This document shows, piece by piece, positions 7,899 to 18,354 of a stretch of 64,000 nucleotides of DNA (position 1 is its first letter; each line of letters starts with the position of its first letter). The notes beneath the pieces are model-generated. The model made no database searches and was not told the DNA's origin. It worked only from the letters and a program-made list of their open reading frames with translations. The DNA is from a virus. Taxonomy: Duplodnaviria > Caudoviricetes. The translations under genes and the position numbers were made by a program. The stretch spans positions 26,553 through 90,552 of the IMG/VR virus record IMGVR_UViG_2706795985_000001, one strand, 5' to 3'.

Positions 7899-10310
7899 AT
7901 GGCTTTGACCGAGGAAATTGCTCGCCTGACGGGTACGTTGAAGTTCAACGTTGAAGCCCGACCACTGGTAGCGTTTGAGAAGAGACTCAATGGTGTGCTT
8001 GGCATGCTTAGAGAGCTGTCAACGCTGGCCAACAAGAAGTTTACAGTGAAGGTTGCTCTTGATAGCATATCTCTGCGTTCCCAGATTGAGAAGGCGACAA
8101 GGACTAAGATCAGCCTTACAAATGTTGATATCTCTCAAGAAGCCCTGACTCGTCAGGGACATCGAATTCAAGAGTATCTTGACAAGACAACAATCAACCT
8201 GAGAAACGTTAAGTTTGATGTTGCACAGCTAGTAGAGCAGAAGCGCTTCATCAGAACCATGATTGGTCAGATGAGCTTAGTCTTACCTATAAAGATGAAC
8301 CTAACTGGCTTTGAAGCTAGGCTAAGAGCTGCAACAAGAAAAGCCTCTAGAGAGAATCCTGTTCATCTGAAGGTTGAAGTTGACACTAGACAGCTATTGA
8401 CCAAGCTGAGATGGGCTTTGAGAAAAGCCAGCCGTGCTGCCGGTAAACTAAAGATCAGAGTTGCAGACCCACAGGTAAGGTTGAAAGTTGATAAGCAACA
8501 CCTTATTGATGAGATCAAAGCAGCGCTCGCTTCCAGTGAGTTTAGAATTCGTATCAATGCACGTGATGAAGATCTGAGAAGAGACTCTAGAAGACGTGGC
8601 AGCAGAGACGGGGGAAGGGGTAGTGCAGAGCGTGGCCTTGGAGCACTTGGAGGTTTCGCCAGAGGAGCTATACCGGGCCTAGGAGCGATGTTTGCCTTCG
8701 ACCGCATGAACGAGATCAACCAGAGGGTTACGGCTGCTACAAACAGCTTAGAGGCTGTATCTAAGAATGATGCCAACTTCAAGTCTAACCAAGGCTTCCT
8801 TCAAAACATCACACATGAGATGGGTCTTAACTTCAGGGACGTTGCACCACAGTTCTCCAGCATTTTCCAAGCTGCTGGTAGTTCTATTGGTGTGAAGGGT
8901 ACTCAGGACATGTTCCGTGGTATCATGCAGTTTGGTACTGTCCATGGTCTTGACAAAGAGGCTATGAAAGGTTCCATGGTTGCACTCAGCCAAATGTTCG
9001 GTAAGGATAAGATTCAATCTGAAGAAGCCCGTCAACAGTTTGCTGAACGTATGCCTAATGGTATGGCTTTGCTAGCTCAAGCTGCTCAAAAGTCAGGGCT
9101 AACAAAGAACGGCACTGTTGCTGAGTTTGGCGACTTAATGCAAAAAGGTAAAGCTGACCCTAAGAAGATTCTTCCAGAACTTGGGAGATTGATGAAGGAA
9201 GCTTCTGAGCGTAACAATGCCTACGAGAAGTCTCTTCAGACTACACGTGTGGCTCAGGGTAGAATGAACACAGCGTTTGAAGACTCTGTGATTATATTCT
9301 CAAAAGGTGGTTTTGATAAAGGCATGGCAAGCTTTTTCAACAGCCTAACTGACAGCATGGAAAGAGCTAAGCCTCTAACTGAAGCTCTTGGTGGGGCTTT
9401 TGAGATGCTGGTTAGGCCAGTCAATGCTTTGATAAGAATCATTGGAGCTTTAGGTGAAAACTGGGGTAAGTTTGCAGACAGTTTAGGTGTTTCCAAGAAA
9501 GCTCTTGCAACGTTGGCCTCAGCAGTTGCCATTTTTATGTTGCCATTTGGTGGGTTCATTGCTGCAATTGGCATTGCTGCTCTAGCTCTGGATGACTTTC
9601 TGACCTACATGGCAGGCGGTAAAAGCGTGTTTGGAGATTGGGTCAAGAAAACTGAAGGTGCTCAAGAGAAGGTTGACAATGTAACGTTTGCTGTTGATGG
9701 ACTTAAAGCCGCTTGGAAAGACTTCAAAGAGTCCCTGAGCGGAGCAGGTGAGAACCCATTCAAAGATTGGAAGTTGGACGACCTACTTCTATCTGGACTT
9801 GAAGACATCAAAACACTTGTTGATGAAATCGCCTCCACATTGAGAATGTTCACCAAGCTTAAGAATGGCGATTTCAAAGGTGCGGCGGCAGAGTTTGGAA
9901 TGGGCGGCAGTAGTACCAACGTCGAGCCAGTTGAGAAGCCTGGTTGGTGGGTTGATCTTCCGGGTAAATTTCAGAACCTTCTTGCTGATCAATACCAAAA
10001 GACTTACCCGTCTCTACAACAAGCCGGACGTATACCACAGCCAGCAACAGCAGCAGACGCTTACAACAGTCGCACCCTTACTGCAAGCGAGATACCCGGA
10101 GTTGTGGCCAGCGCTATGGCTGAGCAAGCAGATAAGTCTGCTGTTGGCAAAGCTACGACAATTGAAGTTACTGTACCAATCACTGTACAAGGCATGATGG
10201 CAGCTGGAGATTTGACTACACTGGTTGCTGAGCCTATGAAACAGGCCGCTGAAGATGCTTTCAGACAAGCCCTAGGAACAGCCAGAGCACAGCAAGCAGA
10301 GAGACAATAA
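7899..10310 (+). CDS. Tape measure protein
   Basis: 803 aa, helical and Ala-rich; tape-measure core (ALSQMFGKDKIQSEEARQQFAERMP); hydrophobic segment ~540-570. Confidence 0.9.
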   Translation: MALTEEIARLTGTLKFNVEARPLVAFEKRLNGVLGMLRELSTLANKKFTVKVALDSISLRSQIEKATRTKISLTNVDISQEALTRQGHRIQEYLDKTTINLRNVKFDVAQLVEQKRFIRTMIGQMSLVLPIKMNLTGFEARLRAATRKASRENPVHLKVEVDTRQLLTKLRWALRKASRAAGKLKIRVADPQVRLKVDKQHLIDEIKAALASSEFRIRINARDEDLRRDSRRRGSRDGGRGSAERGLGALGGFARGAIPGLGAMFAFDRMNEINQRVTAATNSLEAVSKNDANFKSNQGFLQNITHEMGLNFRDVAPQFSSIFQAAGSSIGVKGTQDMFRGIMQFGTVHGLDKEAMKGSMVALSQMFGKDKIQSEEARQQFAERMPNGMALLAQAAQKSGLTKNGTVAEFGDLMQKGKADPKKILPELGRLMKEASERNNAYEKSLQTTRVAQGRMNTAFEDSVIIFSKGGFDKGMASFFNSLTDSMERAKPLTEALGGAFEMLVRPVNALIRIIGALGENWGKFADSLGVSKKALATLASAVAIFMLPFGGFIAAIGIAALALDDFLTYMAGGKSVFGDWVKKTEGAQEKVDNVTFAVDGLKAAWKDFKESLSGAGENPFKDWKLDDLLLSGLEDIKTLVDEIASTLRMFTKLKNGDFKGAAAEFGMGGSSTNVEPVEKPGWWVDLPGKFQNLLADQYQKTYPSLQQAGRIPQPATAADAYNSRTLTASEIPGVVASAMAEQADKSAVGKATTIEVTVPITVQGMMAAGDLTTLVAEPMKQAAEDAFRQALGTARAQQAERQ

Positions 10311-10417
10311 TGACACAAACTGGCCCAATAACTTGCAGTTACTTTGCCCGAGTTGTAACCTCTCTAAGGGTTCTCTAATGCCCTTGGATTGGGCTTGTAA
10401 AACTAAGGAGATTTAAA

Positions 10418-11182
10418 ATGTCCATTGTAATTAGAAGAAAAAACGGGGACGTGTTGTGGTTTGACGCAATCACTGAGTATGGCTTGACCTACCAGTCAAG
10501 CGTAACCAAACACCCTGTCGCCACAGGTGGTTACGTATCAGACCACACCACAAATGAAAACCTCATCATAAACATCAATGCTGTGCTCACTGACGCCGAC
10601 TTCAATATAAATCGACCTCAGAATCTAGGGAAACTCTCCACATTTGATTCGGGTAGCGTTAGTGTTGATGATAGAGGCTTATATAAACCTGTTAATAAGC
10701 AATACACCACAAACAGTGGCAGTATCACTCCTGTAAAAATTGAATCTATAGGCAGCATAAACAGATTGCTGCCTGAGGTTATCGCACAGTTTACAAAGGA
10801 CAGTATACCCGTAGCCACTGTCACTCCCCAGAGTAGGGCTAAAACAGCTAGAGCTGTTAAGCGTGAGTTGATCAGTATGAGAAACAACAGAGAGGAGTTT
10901 CAAGTATTAGAACTCCTTGATGATTTTGTTATTGAGAGCTACGGCCCTTGCATATTTACAAACTTATCCTTTAAAGAGGACTCTACAACTGGGGAAGGTG
11001 TTTACCCAAGTATGACTATAGAGGAAGTTACTTTCACTAATTTGGAAGAAATCAGTGTGAAAGTAAAGACTTCTAATAAAGGTAGAAAGTCTGGTGCTGC
11101 GAAAGATAAGCTGTTAGAAACACCACCTGACAACGCACCAAGAACTTACACTAAAATGTCTAGCAGCGCTGCTGCCTCATAA
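10418..11182 (+). CDS. Baseplate / tail tube initiator protein
   Basis: FDAIT..SSVTKHPVATGGYVSDH motif; position after tape measure. Confidence 0.65.
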   Translation: MSIVIRRKNGDVLWFDAITEYGLTYQSSVTKHPVATGGYVSDHTTNENLIININAVLTDADFNINRPQNLGKLSTFDSGSVSVDDRGLYKPVNKQYTTNSGSITPVKIESIGSINRLLPEVIAQFTKDSIPVATVTPQSRAKTARAVKRELISMRNNREEFQVLELLDDFVIESYGPCIFTNLSFKEDSTTGEGVYPSMTIEEVTFTNLEEISVKVKTSNKGRKSGAAKDKLLETPPDNAPRTYTKMSSSAAAS

Positions 11183-11191
11183 GGAGTTTTA

Positions 11192-11533
11192 ATGGCCAGT
11201 ACAGTATATGTTGAAATGCCATTGTACTCAGATCTTAAATACAGGTATGCCACTTCCTTACAAGGTATAAGCTGGCAGTTAACTTTCTATTGGAACTCTA
11301 GATGTTCTCAATGGCACATGGACCTGAGGCAAGAAGACCAGACACCTGTATTACTAGGATATGCCTTGGTCCCTCAGTATCCAATGTGTGTTGATTATAA
11401 CTTGGAAGATTACGGCCTCACTGGGTATTTTCTACTGCTTCCAATAAACTCCACAATAGGGAGTAAAATCACAGAAGAGTCAAGCATCATGCCTGAGTTC
11501 TTTAAACTTTATTACGTCTACAATACGGAGTGA
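11192..11533 (+). CDS. Baseplate protein
   Basis: WNSRCSQWHMDL motif; position in baseplate module. Confidence 0.55.
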   Translation: MASTVYVEMPLYSDLKYRYATSLQGISWQLTFYWNSRCSQWHMDLRQEDQTPVLLGYALVPQYPMCVDYNLEDYGLTGYFLLLPINSTIGSKITEESSIMPEFFKLYYVYNTE

Positions 11534-11538
11534 AAAAT

Positions 11539-12462
11539 ATGGCTCAGAAGGATAAAGTTTTTTCTTTGAGGGTAGGAGATTATAAGTCAGGCAACGGGCT
11601 GCTTATTGAAAACCCTCGCAGCGATGGCGCTGGAAATAAAGTAGGCAACCCTTGGCAGATCACATTCGATGTGTCTAAGAGTGCAGACAACAAACGTAAC
11701 AACGGTAATTCGGCAGCCATAGAGATATACAACCTATCCGACTCCCAGATTCAACTCCTAGAAAGTGACTACCTCGAAGTTGAATTCTCTGTTGGCTACA
11801 AGGAGTCAGGTGCACAGCTGCTTGTCCTTGGTAATGTCACAGAGCATTCCACAGTAAAAAGTGGTAATGATTACGTAACACAACTCAGGATCGGAGAGGG
11901 CTACACTGACCTGAATCACCAGCAACTAGCAAAATTGGTAAGCCCCGGAAAAACTGTTGGTGACGTGCTTGAAGAGATCAGATCTCAGATGCCCGGTGTG
12001 TCCCGTGGTGCTTACACAGGTACAAACCTCAATAACCCAATTGTGTTTGGTTGGCGTCTGAAAGGAAGCCCTAGAGAGATGCTTATGAAGCTTTGCGAAG
12101 CACACAACCTTGAGTACAATATCAACTCGGGCGTTTTGAATATCTCTGGGGAGAATGGATTACTGAGTAAAGACACAGTGCTCGCCCCAGTCATTAACTC
12201 AAAAACTGGTCTTATCGACTTGCCTTTTCACACATCTGAAACAGGACGTAAGCCTAAGAAAGGCACGAAAAGGAGAAGAGGTGTTCAGTTCAAGGCACTT
12301 CTTAACACTGACATTGTTCCCGGTAAAATTGTGAAGCTTGAGTCTAAGTGGATTACAGGATTTTACAGAGTAAATACAGCTAGGTTCTCTGGGGATCTAA
12401 GGGGTAACGATTGGTACGTAGAATGTTTCTGTTCTGAAATTGAAGCGGCGGACCTGATATGA
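11539..12462 (+). CDS. Baseplate hub protein
   Basis: ITFDVSKS..AAIEIYNLS motif; precedes spike; start moved to ATG 11539. Confidence 0.7.
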   Translation: MAQKDKVFSLRVGDYKSGNGLLIENPRSDGAGNKVGNPWQITFDVSKSADNKRNNGNSAAIEIYNLSDSQIQLLESDYLEVEFSVGYKESGAQLLVLGNVTEHSTVKSGNDYVTQLRIGEGYTDLNHQQLAKLVSPGKTVGDVLEEIRSQMPGVSRGAYTGTNLNNPIVFGWRLKGSPREMLMKLCEAHNLEYNINSGVLNISGENGLLSKDTVLAPVINSKTGLIDLPFHTSETGRKPKKGTKRRRGVQFKALLNTDIVPGKIVKLESKWITGFYRVNTARFSGDLRGNDWYVECFCSEIEAADLI

Positions 12463-13220
12463 TATTCGAAGATCTCATGGATGTTGTCAGGACACAATTT
12501 AAGATTGACATGTCAGAAATTCACACAGCTATACCTTGTAAAGTTGTGAATGTATACCAAGATAACCAGTCTCAGAAAGTGGATGTATTGCCTTCTGTTA
12601 ACAACCTTTTAAAGGATGGCAGTGGTGAGCCCGGTATGGAAATACTAGGTGTCCCTGTAATCTTTCCGGGCAGCCAATCTACTCTGATAAGCTTCCCAAT
12701 TAATGTTGGTGATACAGTGTTTTGTATCTTTTCTCAGAGATCCATGGATAACTTCAAAATAGGAAGTGGTGAGCCTACGACAGCTAATGATTACAGAAAG
12801 TTCTCTGACCAAGATGCTGTCGCCATTCCCGGACTTTTCCCTTTTGGAAAGAGTTTGAATAGACCGCAGATTCGTAAATACCCACATGACAGTAACAGAG
12901 ACTTATGCATAGCACATAATATTGCTTCAGGCACTGAGGTGAATATCATACTAAAACAAAATGGTGGCTTGATCATAAATACTGAGCAAGATGTCACTGT
13001 CAACTGTAAAACAGGTGTAATGAATGCGACTGAGTCCTACTCAATAAAAACACCGATACTTAACATTAACGCACAAACAACCAACTGGATTGGTAATATC
13101 ACTCATATGGGTAACTACACTATGACTGGTCAAGCTCGATTCAACGGCAGACTATTTGACACTCACATCCACTCAGGCGTTACAGCTGGCAATGGTACTT
13201 CTGGTCCTGTGGCTGGTTAA
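12459..13220 (+). CDS. Baseplate central spike (Gp138/gpV-like)
   Basis: HTAIPCKVV..VPVIFP..GDTVFCIFSQRSMD; C-terminal THIHSGV (HxH metal tip). Confidence 0.85.
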   Translation: MIFEDLMDVVRTQFKIDMSEIHTAIPCKVVNVYQDNQSQKVDVLPSVNNLLKDGSGEPGMEILGVPVIFPGSQSTLISFPINVGDTVFCIFSQRSMDNFKIGSGEPTTANDYRKFSDQDAVAIPGLFPFGKSLNRPQIRKYPHDSNRDLCIAHNIASGTEVNIILKQNGGLIINTEQDVTVNCKTGVMNATESYSIKTPILNINAQTTNWIGNITHMGNYTMTGQARFNGRLFDTHIHSGVTAGNGTSGPVAG

Positions 13221-13228
13221 GGAGATTT

Positions 13229-13594
13229 ATGGACTTACTTTTAGATGATAAAACTGGAGATTTGATTTTCAAAAATGGGACTTGTCCTGTTACTCAACTG
13301 CAAGCTGATGTAGTGGCCCAGCGTCTGCGTATTACACTTTACACCTTCTATGGTGAGTGGTTCTTGAATACTGATGTTGGTGTACCCTACATTCAACAAG
13401 TGTTTGCTAAGGTAACTAAAAAGAGTACCGTAGATTTGATATTTCAGGGTTTGATTTCTGCAGATCCGGGCGTCATAGAAATCCTCAAATTCAGCTCCAC
13501 AGTAAGTGCCAGTCGTGGTTACTCAATGACATTCACTGTGAGAGTTTCTGATAACACATCTTCATTACCTATAACTCTAACCATAGGAGGTTAA
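13229..13594 (+). CDS. Baseplate wedge protein (gp25/gpW-like)
   Basis: VAQRLRITL..GEWFLNTDVGVPY motif. Confidence 0.75.
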   Translation: MDLLLDDKTGDLIFKNGTCPVTQLQADVVAQRLRITLYTFYGEWFLNTDVGVPYIQQVFAKVTKKSTVDLIFQGLISADPGVIEILKFSSTVSASRGYSMTFTVRVSDNTSSLPITLTIGG

Positions 13595-13596
13595 CC

Positions 13597-15054
13597 ATGG
13601 CTGGATTATCCCGTCAAGGTCTAGAAATTAAAACGTTGGATGACGTTTTAACAGACTACAAAACAAATGCTGCATCCATCTTTTCTGATCTAGTACCTGC
13701 TGGTGATAAGGTTGATGTGACAGACAACTCTGCGCTAGGGAGGATGATCGGAGTGATAGCTCCAGCTGAAGCTGACCTCTGGGAAGCCATACAGCAGGTG
13801 TTTGATAGCTTTAATCCAACAACCGCCATAGGCATAGCCCTAGACAACGTAATAGCCTTGAGCGGCATCACAAGGCTCCCTGCTCAGTCTACAAGGGCTC
13901 AGGTCATCTTGGAGGGAGATCTTAACACTATTGTCAGCTCACCTCAAGGTAAAGCATACAGCTCCACCACTCAACGTGTCTTTAGTATTCTCAACCCAGT
14001 TACACTGAATCTGATGAAAGCCTCTGGCATTGGTGTCTACCCTTCTACAGTAGCAGCTAACACTGACTATAAGTTTAGCTACAGCACAGACAGTGTGAAT
14101 TTCATCACAGTGACTTATACTACGCCAGCTTCAGGTGTAACCGCAAATACCATAATGAATGGTCTTCAACAAAAAGTTCAAGATTCGCTCTCAAGCACCT
14201 TTACAACTTACCAGTCTAATGGTAGACTGTATATTAAGAGAACCGATCCTTTCCAGATAGCTGACTATTCTGTCAGTCTGAATCTTCAAGTTCAAAAAGT
14301 CCAAAAGCTGGGGATTGCTGTAGACGATGTCGCTGGTGTCTTTCCTCAAAAGGCTTTGGCCATCGACACGATATCCGTGCCCATCTCTGGCTGGGATTCT
14401 ATCTCAAACCCAGTCTCCGCCACCACAGGAAGGCTGACTGAAAAGGATGAAGAGTTGAGGGAGAGATTCAGAAATAGCAAGTTTGTGCAGTCTCAGAATA
14501 TCTTAGAAGGTATATTGGATGCCATACTAAACGTAGATGGAGTGACTGATGCAGTTGTGTATGAAAATGACACTGCTGTTGTTGATATAAACGGTCTGCC
14601 CGGACACAGCTTTTTACCTATTGTGCTTGGCGGGTTGCCTTCAGATGTTGCAGATGCCATTTGGCAGAATAAGCCTACTGGCATACCATCGATAGGAAAT
14701 ACAACAGTTCAGGTTGCTGACAGTCAGGGTATATTGCACAATATCTCCTATCAACAACCAGCAAAAATTCCTGTCTACATAAACATGTCTATTAGTGACC
14801 TTGGCTCTATGCCGGGAGATGCAGCTGCCCAGATTAAACAAAATCTAGCAAACTACTCCACCTCTAATCTCTTTATTAGTGATGATGTGATTTACTCTCG
14901 TCTATACACGCCAATCAACAGTGTGGGGGGTTTTGCTGTAAACTCTCTTACAATAGGCACCGCGCCTAATCCAACTGGGATGTCAAATATACCTATTGCT
15001 TTTAATCAGTATGCTTCCATCTCTCCAGAAAATGTCACAGTGACCTTAGTTTAA
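13597..15054 (+). CDS. Baseplate J-like wedge protein
   Basis: LDNVIALSGITR; EKDEELRERF; position in module. Confidence 0.85.
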   Translation: MAGLSRQGLEIKTLDDVLTDYKTNAASIFSDLVPAGDKVDVTDNSALGRMIGVIAPAEADLWEAIQQVFDSFNPTTAIGIALDNVIALSGITRLPAQSTRAQVILEGDLNTIVSSPQGKAYSSTTQRVFSILNPVTLNLMKASGIGVYPSTVAANTDYKFSYSTDSVNFITVTYTTPASGVTANTIMNGLQQKVQDSLSSTFTTYQSNGRLYIKRTDPFQIADYSVSLNLQVQKVQKLGIAVDDVAGVFPQKALAIDTISVPISGWDSISNPVSATTGRLTEKDEELRERFRNSKFVQSQNILEGILDAILNVDGVTDAVVYENDTAVVDINGLPGHSFLPIVLGGLPSDVADAIWQNKPTGIPSIGNTTVQVADSQGILHNISYQQPAKIPVYINMSISDLGSMPGDAAAQIKQNLANYSTSNLFISDDVIYSRLYTPINSVGGFAVNSLTIGTAPNPTGMSNIPIAFNQYASISPENVTVTLV

Positions 15055-15066
15055 CAGGAGACCTAA

Positions 15067-15801
15067 ATGTCTGAACTGAACCCTTTTGTAGAGAATGAGT
15101 TTCTGAATGTAGCACGTTCCCGTGTCACAGAGCAGTTTAAGAACAAACGTAATTACGATAAGTATCTTCAGTTGCTGCTATCCGGTAAGATAGACTTGCA
15201 GAAAGTGGTTAAAGACACTATGCAGCTAAGATCTCTGGATACAGCTACAGGTGCTCAGCTGGATACAATTGGGGAGATTGTTGGACGTCCCAGGGGTACG
15301 GTAACTTCTGATATATTCTATTACTTCGGTTTTGAGGGTAGTAAGAACGGTCTGCCATTCTCCTCTACTACGGACGCCACAGTAGGCGGACAATGGTATT
15401 CTATTGATGCACCTTTAGGAGTAAGCCGACCACCATCTGACGATGAATACAGAATCATCCTAAAATCCAAAATCATAAAAAACAGGACTCTGGCAACACC
15501 TGAGGATGTAATTACAGCTTACAAGTTTTTATTTGGTGCATCAAAAGTTACCATTGAAGAGCGTTCTCCAGCTGAAGTTCGAATAGGCATAGGAAAAATT
15601 CTAAACAACGTAGAACGTGGTTTGTTATTCGACTTAGGCGGTGCTGGCCAACTGCTCCCAAAACCAGCAGGCGTGCATTACACATACACGGAATTCCAAG
15701 CAGACAGAGTTTTTGCTACAGAGGGATTCCCCGGTGCAATGGGTACAGGTGATCTTAATGACACCTCCGTTGGCGGATTCCTCTCAAACCTAATAACATA
15801 A
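15067..15801 (+). CDS. Baseplate wedge protein (gpI-like)
   Basis: DTATGAQLDTIGEIVG; SDDEYR..LKSKIIKN; PKPAGV. Confidence 0.75.
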   Translation: MSELNPFVENEFLNVARSRVTEQFKNKRNYDKYLQLLLSGKIDLQKVVKDTMQLRSLDTATGAQLDTIGEIVGRPRGTVTSDIFYYFGFEGSKNGLPFSSTTDATVGGQWYSIDAPLGVSRPPSDDEYRIILKSKIIKNRTLATPEDVITAYKFLFGASKVTIEERSPAEVRIGIGKILNNVERGLLFDLGGAGQLLPKPAGVHYTYTEFQADRVFATEGFPGAMGTGDLNDTSVGGFLSNLIT

Positions 15802-15810
15802 GGAACAAAC

Positions 15811-17895
15811 ATGGACTTGATTAAATACGATATGACGAATATCTGGGCAGTGGCCGGGGACGTTGTTGCCCCTGAAGTCGCCAAAATTCGTCAAGGTTGG
15901 GGTGTAGAGGTTGTTCCTCGTCAATGGTGGAACTGGTTCGAAAATCGCCAAGACAACAACATTGCCTACATACTACAAAAAGGTATCCCTGAGTGGGATT
16001 CCACAACTGAGTACATCATTAATAAGAGCTATGTGCAGAGGAACGGTATCACTTACAAATGTACCCAAACTGGCACAAACTCTGACCCAGTTAGCTTGGT
16101 GGGTTGGGTTAAAGCTTTTGTGGAATCTACGCCTTACCTGGAAAAGGTTAAGAACACTCAGCTAGTAAATTCCAGCATTCCAGCGATTAACTCGTCTGGT
16201 GACGCATCTTACGCACTGTATGGAGAAGTGGGCCTACAATCTCTGGTTGCAAGTACACAGCTTCAGGGTAGAAATGCAATTCAAGCACAACAAGCCAGCT
16301 CTAATTTATCCGCCTTGTCTGGTGTAACTGCCTCTACAAACGGTCTGCCATACTTTACCAGCACTACTGCCATGGGGATTGCGACTCTTACATCGTTTGG
16401 TAGAAGTTTTATTTCTGCAAACGATAGTGCAAGTGCTAGGTCACTATTAGGTCTGGGCTCTTCTGCCACTTTGAATGTTGGGACTACAGCCAACACTGTT
16501 GTAGCGGGAGACGACCCTAGGATTACAGGTGCTATGCAGAGGGGCAACAACCTTGCAGATCTGCTCAACATAGGGTCAGCACGTGCTAATCTGGGCCTTG
16601 GTACTGCTGCAGTGCAGAATATAACAACAACGCCAACTGACACAACTGGCGGAAGACTACTAAAGGTTGGTGACTTTGGCATTGGTGCTATCTCTGGTAT
16701 CAGTGTTCCTGATGCTAACGCTATTTCTGCCACTGGTGTCTATGCTATACAAAACAACACAACCAACTTACCTTCAGGTGTTGGCGCTGGTGGCACAATT
16801 TTCAATCAAATCTGGGACTCCAACTCTTCTCAACAAATACTGGTGTTCGGTAGCAAGCTTTGGATTAGAACTAAAGCAACCTCTTGGGGGAATTGGCAAG
16901 AAGTTTATACAACTAGCAACAGCAACGCCCTAGCAAGTCAGGTTCAAGCTAGCCTGCAGCCAGCACTAGATCTAAAGGTTAACAGATCTGGAGATGCAAT
17001 GACTGGATCTTTGACATTGCCTAGCATGGAAATTGGTTCTGGCAGCCAACAAGGCTATATAGACTTCCACTCTTCCAACACCAATAATGATTACGATTCT
17101 AGAATTGTCTCTAGTCTTGGTAACTCTACCACTGGTCAGGGTGCCCTTAACTACATTGCAGCCGGGGGTCACTATTTTACGGGCTTGATTAACGGGACAG
17201 CAACTGTTGCACAAAGCCTGACAGGTAATATTGGTATAGGTCAGGTCAACTCACTGCAGGCTCAGCTGGACGGTAAGATGTCTGTCTCTGGTGGTGGGAA
17301 CCCAGCGTTTAGTTCTAGCAAATTTTCTGGTCCATGGTCTGGTACGGGCGGTGCTGCGGGAATACAAGGTCTTAACGTTGGTTGGAACTCAGGCGAAGCT
17401 AGTGGTTTCTCTGGAGAAGCTAACTTCGTGTGTAACCGTGGTAGCGGTACTGGTGGCTTTACTTTTAGATGTATTAATGCTAATAACACCTCCGGCGGCC
17501 CAGTAACAACCATTAGCTACGATGGCTCCATGTACGTACCGGGTAGGCTCACATCGGCAGGTGATGTTCACGTGGGCGGGAGTTTTATAGACACCAGTGG
17601 TGATATAAATGGATCAAGGTGGGGAGGTTATCTAAGTAACTACCTGTCCTCATTTTACTTGACCATTGGAAACTTAGCAAACAATATAGCTCAAATGGGC
17701 ACTGGTGGTATAGGAACTTACGCATTTTTGGTTAACACGTCAGGCTCCACTGTTGCAGCAGGTCAAAATCTATCTTCAGGCTTAAGCTATGCCTCTACCA
17801 CTAGTAATGGTGGCGCGTCTACCAATGGTGGTACTTGGAGAGCCATGGGCTTTGGTGTAAATAATGGTGCAACCCTCTGGCTTCGTGTAGCTTGA
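15811..17895 (+). CDS. Tail fibre protein
   Basis: 694 aa; N-terminal attachment (GIPEWDSTTEY); AR.LGLG shaft repeats; Gly/Ser-rich tip. Confidence 0.85.
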   Translation: MDLIKYDMTNIWAVAGDVVAPEVAKIRQGWGVEVVPRQWWNWFENRQDNNIAYILQKGIPEWDSTTEYIINKSYVQRNGITYKCTQTGTNSDPVSLVGWVKAFVESTPYLEKVKNTQLVNSSIPAINSSGDASYALYGEVGLQSLVASTQLQGRNAIQAQQASSNLSALSGVTASTNGLPYFTSTTAMGIATLTSFGRSFISANDSASARSLLGLGSSATLNVGTTANTVVAGDDPRITGAMQRGNNLADLLNIGSARANLGLGTAAVQNITTTPTDTTGGRLLKVGDFGIGAISGISVPDANAISATGVYAIQNNTTNLPSGVGAGGTIFNQIWDSNSSQQILVFGSKLWIRTKATSWGNWQEVYTTSNSNALASQVQASLQPALDLKVNRSGDAMTGSLTLPSMEIGSGSQQGYIDFHSSNTNNDYDSRIVSSLGNSTTGQGALNYIAAGGHYFTGLINGTATVAQSLTGNIGIGQVNSLQAQLDGKMSVSGGGNPAFSSSKFSGPWSGTGGAAGIQGLNVGWNSGEASGFSGEANFVCNRGSGTGGFTFRCINANNTSGGPVTTISYDGSMYVPGRLTSAGDVHVGGSFIDTSGDINGSRWGGYLSNYLSSFYLTIGNLANNIAQMGTGGIGTYAFLVNTSGSTVAAGQNLSSGLSYASTTSNGGASTNGGTWRAMGFGVNNGATLWLRVA

Positions 17896-17910
17896 TAATT
17901 GGAGAACATA

Positions 17911-18330
17911 ATGGCAAGAGCAAAGAAAACTATGGAAGCTGCTACTTCAGCTTCCAGTGAGGTTAAAAAATCGCAACCCTACCTTAAAACTTTTGACAAA
18001 GGTTTGACTGTAGTTTCAGTTGTTGAAGGCAGCTGTAAGTTTCTAAAAGATGGTAGCATCGATATGAGAATTAAAATGTCTCATATAGAAGAAGAGATAC
18101 CTTTCTGTGCACAGCCTACAGATGTACATGAACATGGGCGATGGCTATTTGAACAAGCATCAAGTGGAGCTTTTGGTAAAGTTCTGCCATATGAAAGAAG
18201 TTTGCCTACGGTTGTAGATCTTCAGGAAGAGCTTGATAAGATATGGCCAGATATAGTTCTGGGTCTCGCAACAGAGGAAGAACTGTCTTTAGCTAGATCC
18301 TTGAGAATTCAAATTAAGGCTATGTCCTAA
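17911..18330 (+). CDS. Tail fibre assembly chaperone
   Basis: GGAG SD before ATG 17911; PFCAQPTDVHEHGRWLF motif; follows fibre. Confidence 0.7.
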   Translation: MARAKKTMEAATSASSEVKKSQPYLKTFDKGLTVVSVVEGSCKFLKDGSIDMRIKMSHIEEEIPFCAQPTDVHEHGRWLFEQASSGAFGKVLPYERSLPTVVDLQEELDKIWPDIVLGLATEEELSLARSLRIQIKAMS

Positions 18331-18354
18331 TGACTAGAACAGAGGAAACAATAA